Below, in pieces: positions 25,663-40,321 of a stretch of 64,000 nt of DNA. The DNA is from the human T2T-CHM13v2.0 reference genome, Homo sapiens. Below the pieces are notes generated by a model. That model was not told the DNA's origin. It was given only the letters and a program-made list of their open reading frames with translations, and made no database searches. The stretch lies in NCBI RefSeq assembly GCF_009914755.1, contig NC_060931.1; one strand, 5' to 3'. Each line of letters begins with the position of its first letter. Position 1 is the stretch's first letter. A program made the translations under genes and the position numbers.

Positions 25663-27230
25663 TAATGTCATTCATTCTTATTGGTTTAAATGTCACCAAT
25701 AACACGTTCACACCCAAGACTTCCTAATATATATACCCAGCACTGAAATATCTTCTGAACGCCAGACTCTTAGACGCTCACCTAGGACAACTTCCTTGAC
25801 ATCTCCCCGTGATCTCTTTTTAGACATTCTCTCAAACTCACCAGATCCAAAATTTAACCCTGATATTATTTGCCAATTCCTGCACAGTCTTGTTTATCTC
25901 AGTTAATAGCAATTCCATTCTTGTACTTGCTAAGGCAAAAAATAAAAATAAAATGGAGACACCCTTTTTTTCATTTTTTATCTTACAGCCTATAAGCTGT
26001 TATATCATGAGCCCAACAAGTTTCTGCTGCCTCCAGTAAATACACCAGTCCAAACCCTATCATCTCTTGCTTTAATTATTACAATAGTCTCCAATCTACA
26101 TGTCCACTGGAGGTAACACCCACCTCAGTCTATCCTCAACACAACAGCAGACTTGTCTGTCTGACTTTTTTTAATGCAATTTTTATCATATTACTCTTCT
26201 GCTTAGAACCCTCCAATGTCTTTACATCTTAAGCCAAAGTTCTTCTAATGCCCTTCATTATGTAGTCCTGGTTATTTCTTTGTGTTCATCTCCAACTACC
26301 CTTTTCCAATTACTGGGCCTCTCCAAATAATAGAGAAACCTCATGAAGGAAGGGATTTTGTCATGTGTTTGCTGTTGTGTCCCAGTGCCAAGGAGAGTAG
26401 CTGATGTACAGTAGATGCTTATAAATAGTTTTCAATGAATGACTTCACTCCAATAGTCTGAGAGCTGTATAAAATATAGATAACTTAGTTATTGATTCCC
26501 ACTCTGGGGAGCCCACAAAAATCAAAGTCATCCACTAGCAGTTGAAGAGAACCAAGTTTGATTTCTAGGTAAGCACTAACTTTTATTTATAAATTAACAC
26601 CTCTGTGGAGTCATATGTACTTCCACTGTTTTGCATCTGTCAGGAATGTTAAAATTTTAAGATTCTTGTTCATTGAACTTAAAGTAGAAATACGACCACA
26701 TGAGGTAGAAATACCACCACATGAGGTAAAAAATGAAACTTTTAAGGAAATGCTTGCGCTTAAATTATTGGTAAGTCTATGTCTTTTCATCAGAGCCAGA
26801 CAAATACCGGCTTAACTTTAAGGCTTGCTGAGAACATTAATGATTAGCTGCTCAAAGCAGCATGAAATAAATAGCCTACATTAACATAAAACTATGATAT
26901 CTATGCTCACATCCTTGCAAACAACAGATAACAGCAATCTATAAACTTCCGGTTATATTTATCTTTGTGTAGTTTGTGAATTCTGGATTACAAAGTGACT
27001 TTCAGAACAATACTAGATTATGTCATAGCTGGATTTAGGAAAATTATCATGCTGTTAGTTAACAGAAGAAGGGCAGTAAAAGCCAAGCTAATTTAACGTT
27101 ATTATATATTTGTAATATAATAAGGACTTACCTGCATCAAAGTATATAATTTTCGGAAAGTCAGACAATAACTTTCATGTATATTATTAGTTGAAAATGA
27201 AATATTTTAAGCCTTCTAAAATATCTATTA

Positions 27231-27537
27231 AGCCGGGCACGGTGGCTCACGCCTGTCATCCCAGCATTTTGGGAGGCTGAGACAGGCAGATCACTTGAGG
27301 TCAGGAATTCAAGAGCAGCCTGGCCGACATGATGAAACCCATCTTTACTTAAAAATACAAAAATCAGCCGGGCGTAGTGGCCTGCACCTCTAATCCCAGC
27401 TACTCAGGAGGCTGAGGAGGAGAATTGCTCGAACCTGGGAGATGGAGGTTGTAATGAGCCGAGATCACGCCACTGCACTCCAGCCTGGGCAACAGAGTGA
27501 GACTCTGTCTCAAAACAAACAAACAAACAAACAAAAA
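27231..27537 (+). mobile_element. AluS
   Basis: Full Alu, (AAAC)n tail, TSD-like atctatta. Confidence 0.97.
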
Positions 27538-27851
27538 TCTATTAAATCACTAGGCTGAACACATAGCAAAGATTTATAACTCTTCAATGAGGGAATCAAG
27601 AAAATAAGAAAGGTGGATAAAAGGCCATTTTGAAGTTCTGGATATTTGTACACATGTTTAAAAAATGTTTTTATGGGCTTCCTAGGTTATTTACAAAGCT
27701 GCTTATCTTTCAGGACAATAAAATCATAAGCGATGGAATTATCCTCTCTACCAGAGAGAAATCATTTGCATTCCTACTGGAATGAAATCTACCACGTAAC
27801 ATGTAATTTTAGAGAGTCAGGACCTTAGTTAATGGTAAACAGTGAGTCATA

Positions 27852-28226
27852 CAGAGCTGCATTCCTTTAAACCACCACCATCAAATGGAAGTATAATTTA
27901 AGCCACTATGTGATTTGAAATTCTCTAGCAGGTACGTTAAAAAAAAAAAAAGTGAAAACAATTTTAACAAAAAAATTATGTAACTCAATATATCAAGAAT
28001 ATTCTCAGCCAGGCGCAGTGGTGCACGCCTATAATCCCAGCACTTTGGGAGGCTGAGGTGGGTAGATTTTCTACTAAGATTCTTTGTTCATTGCATTAAA
28101 AATGGAAATTGTATTTGTACTCCAAAATTTTGCACTTAAACCACATCTCACTTTTGACTAGCCACATTCCAAGTGCTCAATAACCACATATAGTCAATGG
28201 CTAAAATATTGGACAGTGTAGCTCTG
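27852..28226. mobile_element. MER33/MER3-like hAT-Charlie DNA transposon relic containing a ~60-bp Alu 5' stub (28008-28067)
   Basis: gactagccacattccaagtgctcaataaccacatatagtcaatggctaaaatattggacagtgtag resembles the MER3/MER33 terminus. Confidence 0.7.
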
Positions 28227-28943
28227 AATAATTTGATATTAATTGGATGGGCGTATTAACCAATTCCCCAGGTTGATGTTGAAAGGTCATGCTGTACTTC
28301 ATTGGCCTTATCTCCAAGTTTTTGGTGATTTTAAAAAATCTTTTCAACCACAAATTTTAGTCTTTTTCATTGGATCCCAGGACATTAGATGATAGTAAAA
28401 ACCTGTGGAATCTTTCTACAGCATTATTTCGTTTAGCAAAATAAATGTGTCTTTCAAAAAGTTATTTTGAAGACATTTTTGTCAATCAGGTATATTATGT
28501 TGCTTAAACTTTTAGCTAAAGATTCTTTACATTATAATTGAACTCTTCCAACAATAAACATCATAGCACAGATAATAACTAAGATGAAGATTATTGTGAG
28601 ACAGCTATTCTTAACTTACATATATTCATCACCTAATTTAATTCTCACAAAAACTCTCTAAAATAATGTTACCATTTTAAAGATGAGGAGGCTAAGAGAG
28701 TTTACATAACTTGCCCAAGGCCACACAGCTTGTAAAGAAGACCTGGATATAAAATCCAGGCTTATTAACTACAAAGCCTGAGCTAGTAAGCACTATGCTA
28801 TATGCAGAGATTACTTCAACATAAGCTCTTCCAACCTACATCTATTAGATAACTAAACATTTGCTACACAAATTAATATTTAATTTGTATACAAATTAAA
28901 TATTAATTTATATAAAATTGCTATACAAATTAATATTAAATTA

Positions 28944-29506
<563 letters not shown>

Positions 29507-31118
29507 TTCGTCATATGAACAAAGGTTTTTCCACTCTTTCTTTACACTAGATAAATGATTTTTCTGTTTTCCAGAATGAATAGCAAGAATTTATTTTAAA
29601 ATGTTTTATGACTAATTATAAAACCTGTCATCAGTAGTTAAAACATTACTAAGGGAGAGAAGCGCTAATATTAAAATTTTTGTAGTGGAATAAAATTCAG
29701 CACTTTTGTTCTCTCAGTACTATTTTGTAGGTTTGACTTGTAAATTGCTCTTATTTGATAGATGGAAAACAGAGGGAACTAATTCTTTTTCTCATTATAA
29801 AAAATACAATTCTGAAGGCCTTTTAAATTGAAAAGGAAATAGAAATTGAAATAGAATGGAAGTAGAAAAAGCTCCTTGCTTAATGGTTTTGAAAGGTAAA
29901 AGTCTTCTTGAGGAAATGTGGCCAAGGGCAATAAAATGTGGCCTCATAACAATACTTTGACATTTTTTCTCTTTTCCTATTTTTGATTAAACCTGTATAA
30001 AATAGGGATTAATATTGTTGCATGAATATGTAGTAGGAATTGCCCGTAGACTTTTCTTTTTCTGGTACTTCCTAAGATAAAAAAACATTTTCAATAGTAA
30101 TTCAATATATTTAGTGGCTATTAGCCTATTCAAGTTTTTTTTATGTTTTACTAATTTTGTCACTTTACATTTTTAAATCATTTGCCCATTTCATTTGGCT
30201 TTCTAATGTATTATCAAATTATTATACTAGTCACAACTTGATGTTTCATTATGTCTTTTATATCTTTTGTTATTTCATCTACTAATACTTCATTCTGTGT
30301 TTTGTTTATATATACATTCTTACTAATGATCAATCTGTTCAAATGCATGTCTGGCCCACTAATCTTTTTGAAAAATAACTTTCAGTTGTGGAAATTACCT
30401 CTCTGTTTTCCATTTCCTTTTAGTGGCATTATCTTTATTATTCCCTTATTTCATGTTTTGTTCTTTGTCTATGTTGTGGTTCTTTTTCTATCTCCTTTAT
30501 TTGAAGGTTTAGATAATTAATACTCTTTTTTTCTATCTAAACATTGTTTTCAAACCATATATTTACCTTTAGTTATTGCTATAGTAGCTTTGAATTATCT
30601 TCTTGAATGCCAGGTAAACATTCTATAATGGTACATCATACTTTCTTAGATCCACTTGCTGCATTGATCTAGTATTCTTTATTTCTTTCAAATACTTGTC
30701 CACTCACAGGGAAAAATTGCTCAATAACTTGAACTTACATAATTTATTCATTTCACCCCAGATTCCTGTTGCAGGAAAATATTCTGGTTTCTTTCCAAAG
30801 TGGTGATTTTTTTTTAGCAATTTGACATCAGTATTCTCAAAAAGTGAGGAAGAAAACATAATTATTAAGAATTGAGAAAAGTTTTAAAAAGTAAAATCAA
30901 GTGAAAGAGATACATCCTCTTCAAAGGGCAAGAGCAAACTGTAAGTTGAACTGCCATCAGTCTTTCCAGGTTTTATTGCTAAACACATAATTTTCAATTA
31001 CTCTTTTAAGTCATAAAAGTAAATTAAAAAAATAAATATGTTCATTATGATATTAATTTTGTTCAAAAACTGCATATGTATATATAAAACTAAAAAAGAT
31101 ATAGATTAAAATATTTAA

Positions 31119-31455
<337 letters not shown>

Positions 31456-31596
31456 CATAATTTTTCTTTACCCTTGTATTTTCTAAATTTTCTTCAACCA
31501 ATATGGTTACTTCAGCAACTAAAACTGAAACAACAATAAATGCTAATAAATAATGCTAACAAAAATTAAAACAATTCCTCTCAAAAACAAACTTGT

Positions 31597-31893
31597 GGCC
31601 AGGTGTGGTGGCTCAATGTCTATAATCCCAGCACTTTGGAAGGCTGAGGTGGGCAGATCACTTGAGTCCAGAAGTTTGAAACCAGCCTGGGAAACATGGC
31701 AAAACCCCGTCTCTACTAAAAATACAAAATTAGCCAGGTGTGGTGATGCATGCCTGTAGTCCCAGGTACTCAGGAGGCGAGTTAGGAGGATCAGCTGAGC
31801 CCGGGAAGTCAAGGCCACAGTGGGCTGTGATCACACCACTGCACTCCAGTCTGGGCAAGAGTGAGACCCTGTCTAAAAAGAATAAAAAATAAA
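31597..31893 (+). mobile_element. AluJ
   Basis: Full Alu; aaacttgt repeated on both flanks. Confidence 0.95.
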
Positions 31894-32519
31894 ACATGAA
31901 AACTTGTACCATGGCTTATCCCTTTAGAACTTTTGCCCAAATGTGCCGATATACATACATTTTAAAAATCAAATTTCATATATATTTCCTACCTGAGCCT
32001 GGCCTACAAAAATGAGTATCTTCCTGTCTGGTAGCCATTTATTAATGGAATATTAAGCTTTGTTATTTTCAGAAGAGAGTTGAACCAAACCAGAAGTTGC
32101 AGAAACTCTCAGAATTTTGAAAAAACAAAACAAAACATTATCTTACAGAAAAGATGCAATAATAATCATTACCATCTGTTTGAAATAATGGTGTGTAAAG
32201 GGGTATAATTTTAGGGAAGGCCAAAGATATCTAGAAGGGGAAGCTAAACGTGAAAACAGTACAAGCCAAATTGATTAATGCAGACCCATGCAGCAGGAAA
32301 TGTCATGGCAAGAGATGATCTGACCAAATGACGTAATTTCAGATGAGCCAGCAAACTTTAACATTCAAATCAAATTGCCTTAAACTCTGGGGTTTTCTTT
32401 TGGTGGGAATTAGTCATCTGAATAGTGAAATGGAACCATGGACTAAGGAATTTGTAAGATCCTATTCATTTCTCAATTTCTAGCTCGGATTTTGTACTTA
32501 TTCTACTATGAAAAAATCA

Positions 32520-33340
32520 AGCACCCATGTGGATGAAAATAAAACTATATATTTTCAGCCATCATATGCATAAGTATATGTAGATTAAATATCTAAAGGG
32601 AAAAAATAAAGCTATAAAAGTATTAGAAGGCACTATGGGAGAATATTTTAAGTTCAGTGTGGAAAGTCCAACTTAAAGAGGAAAAAAGTCCAGATACAAC
32701 CAACAAATTAGGATAAAATATTTGTAAAACATATATGAGACAAGGAGTTAATATTTCTAACATACACAATGATTAAAGAAATGAAAGACACAATAGACCA
32801 ACATATAAATACTATGAACATAAAAGTCACAAAATACCTGTAAATAGCCAAAAAGTATAAATATGCTCAACTTCACTATCGGCAAGAAAATGCAAATTAA
32901 AGCCAAATGCAATACAATTTGTACCCACTGGATTTTCAATAACTAAACTGTTAGCATTATCTGGCTAAAGTCTGAAAAAATGAAGTCTTACACACAGTTT
33001 TTAGGAGTATGAAGTAGTATGATATACTTGGGGAATACTTTGGGAGAATCTATTAAAATTTAAAATATAAATATAATTTGACCCATCACTTTCACTTCCA
33101 GGAATCTATTCTTCAGAAAGAATGATACTCATATACTAGGTAATATATAGAAACCTGTAACTTTAAGTATTATTTGCAAAGCAAAAATCCTGGAAAGAAA
33201 AACTAAAGGTACACCAGTGTAACAATGGTACATCTATACAATGTGATAGAAGACAGTAATTTTTTTAAATGAGATAAAGCTATATATACTTACTTGAAAA
33301 TTGGTCCATGACAAGTAAAAAATTTAAGATAAAACCAAAA
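32520..33340 (+). mobile_element. Old L1M(E-like) 3' fragment
   Basis: atgctcaacttcactatcggcaagaaaatgcaaattaaa and tttgacccatcactttcacttccaggaatctat are L1 3' motifs. Confidence 0.7.
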
Positions 33341-33521
33341 GGCACACTATTTTGGTGCATATATATGTATGCATACTTATACATATGTATATTCTTACAG
33401 GCCTATGTGTAAATATACATACATGTATACACACATGCTTGCATACATGTGTGCACGCGTGCACACACACATACACTTGCTTTAGCCTGTATATATATGC
33501 GTTTATGAAATAATAATAGCT

Positions 33522-33965
<444 letters not shown>

Positions 33966-34444
33966 CTAATATTTACTGTGTCTTTACCTTGTGCTAGGCA
34001 CTATCCTCCACATTTTATAACAAATTGATTCAATCCTCAGAATCATCCTTTGAGCTAGAAATCAGTATTCTCCCTTTGTAAAAGCAATTTGCTCAAGTCA
34101 CACAGTTGGCGATAGAGTTGGAATTTATTTCATACAGTTGGTCTCCGGAACCTGCACCTCTTAAACTCTCCATTGGGATCAGCTTGAAAGCAAAAGCAGA
34201 CCACAGAGCCTGGTTAGAGTTGTCAAACTCTTAACATCCCAAGAATCTTATTCTTTCCTCTGAGTCATGCGTGAGCATTTTGAGGGTTCTTCTTGCCTTT
34301 TTCAAGGCTTGGGCTCCTTTTGCTCTCTAATTCAGGTCGCTGAATTCTAACTTTGATCTGTAAATCAATACTTCTATGGAGTAAAATGGAAGGTCTGTGA
34401 AATTAAAATATTAAGATTCTGTTAGATAAGAAATGCAGCTTTTG

Positions 34445-34757
34445 AGCCGGACATGGTGGCTCACGCCTGTAATCCCAGCACTTTGGGAAGCCAAGGCAGG
34501 CAGATCACGAGGTCAGGAGTTCGAGACTAGCCTGGCCAAGATGGTGAAACCCCATCTCTACTAAAAATACAAAAATTAGCCGGGCTTGGTGGCAAGCGCC
34601 TGTAATCCCAGCTACTCGGGAGGCTGTGGCAGGAGAATCAGTTGAACCCAGGGGGCGGAGGTTGCAGTGAGCCAAGATCGTGCCACTGAACTTTCGTGAG
34701 GTGTGACAGAGCAAGACTCCATCTCAAAAAAAAAAAAAAGAAAAGAAAAAGAAAAAG
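34445..34757 (+). mobile_element. AluS
   Basis: Full Alu; TSD-like aatgc(a/t)gcttttg. Confidence 0.96.
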
Positions 34758-36588
34758 AATGCTGCTTTTGGAGAAAATACTGACATTTGATTGACAGAAA
34801 AAGCTTTCCATTGGATACACAATAAAATTGATTTAATTCTATGCTTGCTGAGAATATTAATAATTAAGAATTTAAAGCAATGAGGGAAAAAGGCCTGCAC
34901 TTGCATAAAGCTATACAAAAATGGTGAACGAAAGATGAACCTGTTCCACTCTTTGGTCAAATAATTACATTAGCAATTGGTTAAGGCCGAGGTATAAACT
35001 GCTGCTTGTGTTTCCTTTTGTAAAATTTTTGAGCAAGTGAAAATTTTGAGCAAGTTTTGAAAAAGTGACTATGTAAAAAATTAAACGGTATTATTGTCAG
35101 TGTTATGTGGAGACTATCAAGCCCTTATTTAGGAAAAAAAAATAGTGTTTTCCAATGCTTATTCAAACCAGATGCATGTTAAAACTCAAAGGAAATAGTT
35201 TTAAAAAACTGAGTATATTTTAGTTGCTTTCAGGATAACTTTCAGAATCGTTCAGCCTTGTAGCTAAATGCTGCATTTTTGCCTTTTTCTATAAAGGAAA
35301 TACTTTTCTAAAACTTGTTTTCAAAACAATTATTGTACCAAACATATTCATTACTATATATTTTAAATTAAATGTGAATGCTGTCCCAGAGCAAATAATA
35401 ACTACTTCTTATTGAGCAAATTTTATGTGTTCTAGTTATTTATGTGCATTGTATGCATAGTCCAATTGTATCTTTATGACAATGTACATATGTTTCCTAT
35501 ATATGTGTTGAATATGGATTCATCATCACCATTTTACACATGGGGGGGTAGAGGAAGTTACTAATTTGCCTAACTTCACACAGTTTATAAATGGAGCATC
35601 TGGAAATCAAACCCAGGTAGTTTTTATTTTTTAGGTTGCAAAGTCCAGATTCCTAACCACTATACGCAATGTCTCTAGAGTTTAGGCATGTTAATGGCAA
35701 GAAAAGGTTTCAAGTGTCTTTTCATCTCTAATTTTATCACTAGAAAACTATTCTGCTAAATCATAGCTCCTAAACTACTAAGAATTTGGCATATTCATTT
35801 TTCTACAAAATTTAATGCACAAAGTGAAAAGTGGTATTTTTTCTTTGAGTTAAAGAATACATTTTCTGTGTTTTCTAAGATAGAAAACTTAAAGATAATC
35901 ACCATATTTTTATTGACTGTAGAGAAACATTCCATTTTTTTCACTAGTTGAAACACAAGTTAAAATATTCAAATTTTCAACAGTTTTCCTTTCATTGAGA
36001 TAGGACTTCAAATATTTAAAAATTTCAATTTCATTTATGAAACTTTTAAACTGCCCTTAACAGATGAGCAGAGCGCTTTCTGCAGAAAATATTCACTTTC
36101 AATCTCATAGTCCCAAAAGGGAAAGTTGAAGGCTAAGTTGAAAATCTGCTTGGGTCAGCCAAATGACCCAAAGGAAAATTAACCCCCTGAAGATGTTTTG
36201 CAGAAGTTCCCCTTCTCTAAAAAAAGACAGGACAAAGAAGCCAAAAAGTTACATCCTCACAATATAAAGCCTGAATGACAGAGGCCTTCAAAGTTATTTA
36301 TTCTCCTCAGCCTATGGACATTCTCTTTCAGATTTTAGTATTCACCATTCAAAATGTTTAAGTTATCATGAACTTTCATAATAAATGTGGCAATAAATGT
36401 TACCAATTTTCAACTCGCGTTTTAATGTAGAAAACTCTCCCTAAAAGTACATAATCATTAGTTTAAACATTTCAATAAGATGAGCCAGTTTTGCTCATTA
36501 ATCTCCTTTGGACAATTGTTCTCTGTGCTGTCTTTTATAAATTAGCTTTTTCCTTCACAAAGTCTTTGGACTATATTAGATACTTACT

Positions 36589-36849
36589 ACTTGACAGTTT
36601 AATTGTGCAATTGCTTGATAAGAGTAAAAGCAACATCTGTAGACAAAATCTGCCCTACACAAACTTGGAGGAAGACAAGTACCAATGATTACCTCACATA
36701 AGAAGAAGCAGCTCACACTTGACAGTTTAATTGTGCAATTGCTTGATGAGAGAAAAAGCAACATCTGTAGACAAGATCTGCCATACACAAACTTGGAGAG
36801 GAAGAAAAGTTACCAATGATTACCTCACATAAGGAAAAGCAACTCACAC
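36589..36849 (+). repeat. 128-bp tandem duplication of unique sequence
   Basis: acttgacagtttaattgtgcaattgcttgat...tgattacctcacataag...ctcacac starts at 36589 and again at 36717. Confidence 0.95.
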
Positions 36850-38289
36850 CTGCCCATTGTTTTGGAAAAGGAATACAAATGTCAGCCCTGAATATGGTGG
36901 GCCTAGTTGGACTGGCACCTTAAATTCTGACAAATATATCCAGCCATACAATGCTAAGAGCTTTATTCATTTCATAAATATTTCAGAAGGCGATTATAGC
37001 TAAATGATTTTTAAAACCACACAAAACCTAAGTTTATCCTTTTATTAAGAGAAACTCTTTATAATGGAGAGTTTTAAACATAAGCAAAAGTTGATCTAAG
37101 AGAATAGTGAACCTCTATATGCACATTACTTAATACCAACAATTATCATCAATCACTTTGGCAATACAGTCTCATCTATCCCTTTATATTTCAAAGTAAA
37201 TCCCAGACATTGTATCATTTTATTCACAAATATTTCACTATATCGCTAGATGAGAAAAAACGCATTTTTTACCTCTTATTTTAAGGAATATATTAATACA
37301 CTATAATTTTTCATTGTTATTGTTTGAAAAATTAAATATTGCAATAACTTAATAAAAGCCATAAATGCAAGAGCATAGTAATTAAGACAACTGAAAAGAA
37401 TATACCTGAAAGGGAAACATTTTCCTTCATTTTTCTGCCTTCTCTTTCTATAAGTACTTACCCAGCTGTTTGCTTCTTGCTGCTTCCTTGATTCAAAAGG
37501 TAAATATGCTCAGTGGGTCATTAAAAGATTTGCAATTAGATAAAAAGGTCAAAATAATGCAATATAGAACATTATTAGCCTTAATCATTTGAACTTTTTT
37601 GTGATGTTCAAATGATTTGTAAGTTTGTAAGGCTGCAGGATTTCAGGTCTTAAGAACAAACATTTTTCTACATGTTGTTAAACCAAATGGCAATAAAATA
37701 GTAAATTAATAACCGAGGTTTTACAGTTCATGTGAAACACTTCCGGAGCTAAAGATTTTTCTTTGTGTCATAGGAGCTAAAAGTATACACAGGAAAAAGT
37801 GAACCCAGAACCACTACACTAATCTCTAATAATTCTTTGTATTATTCTTCCGGTTCCCAAAATTTCTTTAAATCCGTAAGTATTTTTATTATATCAGGTC
37901 TAAATTTTATATATTGATATACTAATATTTTTTAAAATCTATCACTAAAATAGAGATATAAAATCGATGTTGAAATTGATGTTGCAAGTTTTATTTTGTT
38001 TTGCTTTGGGATCTTGGATTTCAAGTCCACAGAATTAAATTGGCATTACTGCTTAGTTCATGACTGGCTTTTATTCTAACAGTGCACCTCCCTTATTTTA
38101 TATTTCATTTCGAGATTCTTCCCATTAATTATTGCATCATTCATCCCCTTCCCATCTCCACCAGGCATCCACTTACATGCAGACAATGAACACTCTTCCA
38201 AACCACATTCCACATAGTTGATGGCCATTTGCAAATACATTCTTCCATAAAATTTGTTTTTATTAATATGGGTGTGCTCTAAATGGTAT

Positions 38290-39808
38290 TGTGTCCGAAT
38301 TGGTGGGTTCTTGGTCTTACTTACTTCAAGAATGAAGCCGTGGACCCTCGCAGTGAGTGTTACAGTTCTTAAAGTTGGCGTGTCCGGAGTTTGTTCCTTC
38401 TGATGTTTGGATGTGTTCAGAGTTTCTTCCTTCTGGTGGGTTCGTGGTCTCGCTGGCTTCAGGAGTGAAGCTGCAGACCTTCGCGGTGAGTGTTACAGCT
38501 CTTAAGGCAGCACGTCTGGAGTTGTTTGTTCTTCCCCGGGGGGTTTGTGGTCTCGCTGGCTTCAGGAGTACAGACCTTTGCAGTGAGTGTTACAACTCAT
38601 AAAGGCAGTATGGACCCAAAGAGTGAGTAGCAGCAAGTTTTATTGCAAAGAGCAAAAGAACAAACTTTCCACAGCATGGAAGGGGACTGGAGCTGGTTGC
38701 CACTGCTGGCTTGGGCAGCCTGCTTTTAGTCCCTCATCTGGCCCACCCACATCCTGCTGACTGGTCCATTTTACTGAGAGCTGATTGGTCCGTTTTGACA
38801 GGGTGCTGATTGGCGCATTTACAATCCCTGAGCTAGACACAAAAGTTCTGCAAGTCCCCAATAGATTAGCTAGACACAGAGCACAGATTGGTGCATTTAC
38901 AAACCTTGAGCTAGATGCAGGGTGCTGATTGGTGCATTTACAAACCTTCAGCTAGATACAGAGTGTATTCACTCTGAATACAGCCGATTGGTGTATTCAC
39001 AATCCCTTAGCTAGACATAAAGATTCTCCAAGTCCCCACCAGACTAGCTAGATACAGAGTGCCGATTGGTGCATCCACAAACCCCGAGCTAGACACAGGG
39101 TGCTGATTGGTGTGTTTACAATCCCTTAGCTAGACATAAAGATTCTCCAAGTCCCCACTAGACTCAGGAGCCCAGCCGGCTTCACCCAGTGGATCCCACA
39201 CTGGGGCTGCAGGTGGAGCTGCCTGCCAGTCCCGTGCCGTGCGGCCGCACTCCTCAGCCATTGGGCGGTCGATGGGACCGGGCGCCGCGGAGCAGGGGGC
39301 GGCGCTGGTGGGGAGGCTTGGGCCGCGCAGGAGCCCATGGCGTCGGGGAGGCTCAGGCATGGCAGGCTGCAGGTCCCGAGCCCTGCCCCGCGGGGAGGCA
39401 GCTGAGGCCCGGCGAGAAATCGAGCGCAGCGCCGGTGGGCCGGCACTGCTGGGGGACCTGGCGCACCCTCCGCAGCTGCTGGCCCGGGTGCTAAGCCCCT
39501 CACTGCCGGGGGCGGCGGGGCGGTCCCGCCGCTCCAAGTGCAGGGCCCGCCGAGCCCCCGCCCACCCGGAACTCGCGCTGGCACGCAAGCGCGGCGCGCA
39601 GCCCCGGTTCCCGCCAGCGCCTCTCCCTCCACACCTCCCCGCAAGCTGAGGGAGCCGGCTCTGGCCTCGGCCAGCCCAGAAAGTGGCTCCCACAGTGCAG
39701 CCGTGGGCTGAAGGGCTCCTCAAGCGTGGCCAGAGTGGGCGCAGAGGCCGAGGAGGCGCCCAGAGCGAAAGAGGGTTGCCAGGGCTGCCAGCACGCTGTC
39801 ACCTCTCA
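38290..39808 (-). mobile_element. LTR12C-type (ERV9) solo LTR
   Basis: The minus strand starts TGAGAGGTGACAGCGTGCTGGCAG. CpG-rich 5' U3, repeated gctagacac...gattgg (CCAAT) enhancer units, poly(A) signal at 38639-38644, perfect TSD GTAT. Confidence 0.97.
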
Positions 39809-40321
39809 GTATAACTGGTATTGCATTCTGTTTCTTACTACTTTATTCAACTTTATTTTTTTGAAATTTGTCTACGCTGCTATTCCTTCCATGCTGTTTA
39901 TTGCCTCTGACACTGAATGTTCTCTCATACATACCCATATACCACATGTTACTCATACATTTACCTATGTCTGATCTCCTAGGTTGCCTTCAACTTATTT
40001 ATAGACACAGTATGCTCTGGCAGGCATCATTGTACATGTCTCCTTGTGCATCTGTAAAGAGCACGTCTAAAGTACAAACACAAGAGTGGAATTTGGGAAT
40101 ACAAAGTATGTGCTTACAGTTTTCAGTAAATACTACCAGATTGCTCTCCAAATGGCTATGTCATGTTGGAGCTGCCTCTCTCAATATTGTAGGAGGTTTC
40201 TCATTTCCCCACATCCTCACCAGCCTTTGATATTATATAACTTTTTAATCTTTCTAATTGTTTAACAAACTGATAGCTATAAAATAGTGTAATAGAAGTA
40301 GAATCATAGTGGTTGTAGTGG

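Noticed and set aside
26685-26728. 21-bp tandem duplication tagaaatac(g/c)accacatgagg
   Set aside because: Real but an ordinary slippage duplication with no functional hint.
39126-39802. Overlapping 100-197 aa ORFs on both strands
   Set aside because: A by-product of the GC-rich, stop-poor LTR12 U3 region; low-complexity Ala/Gly/Pro/Arg translations.
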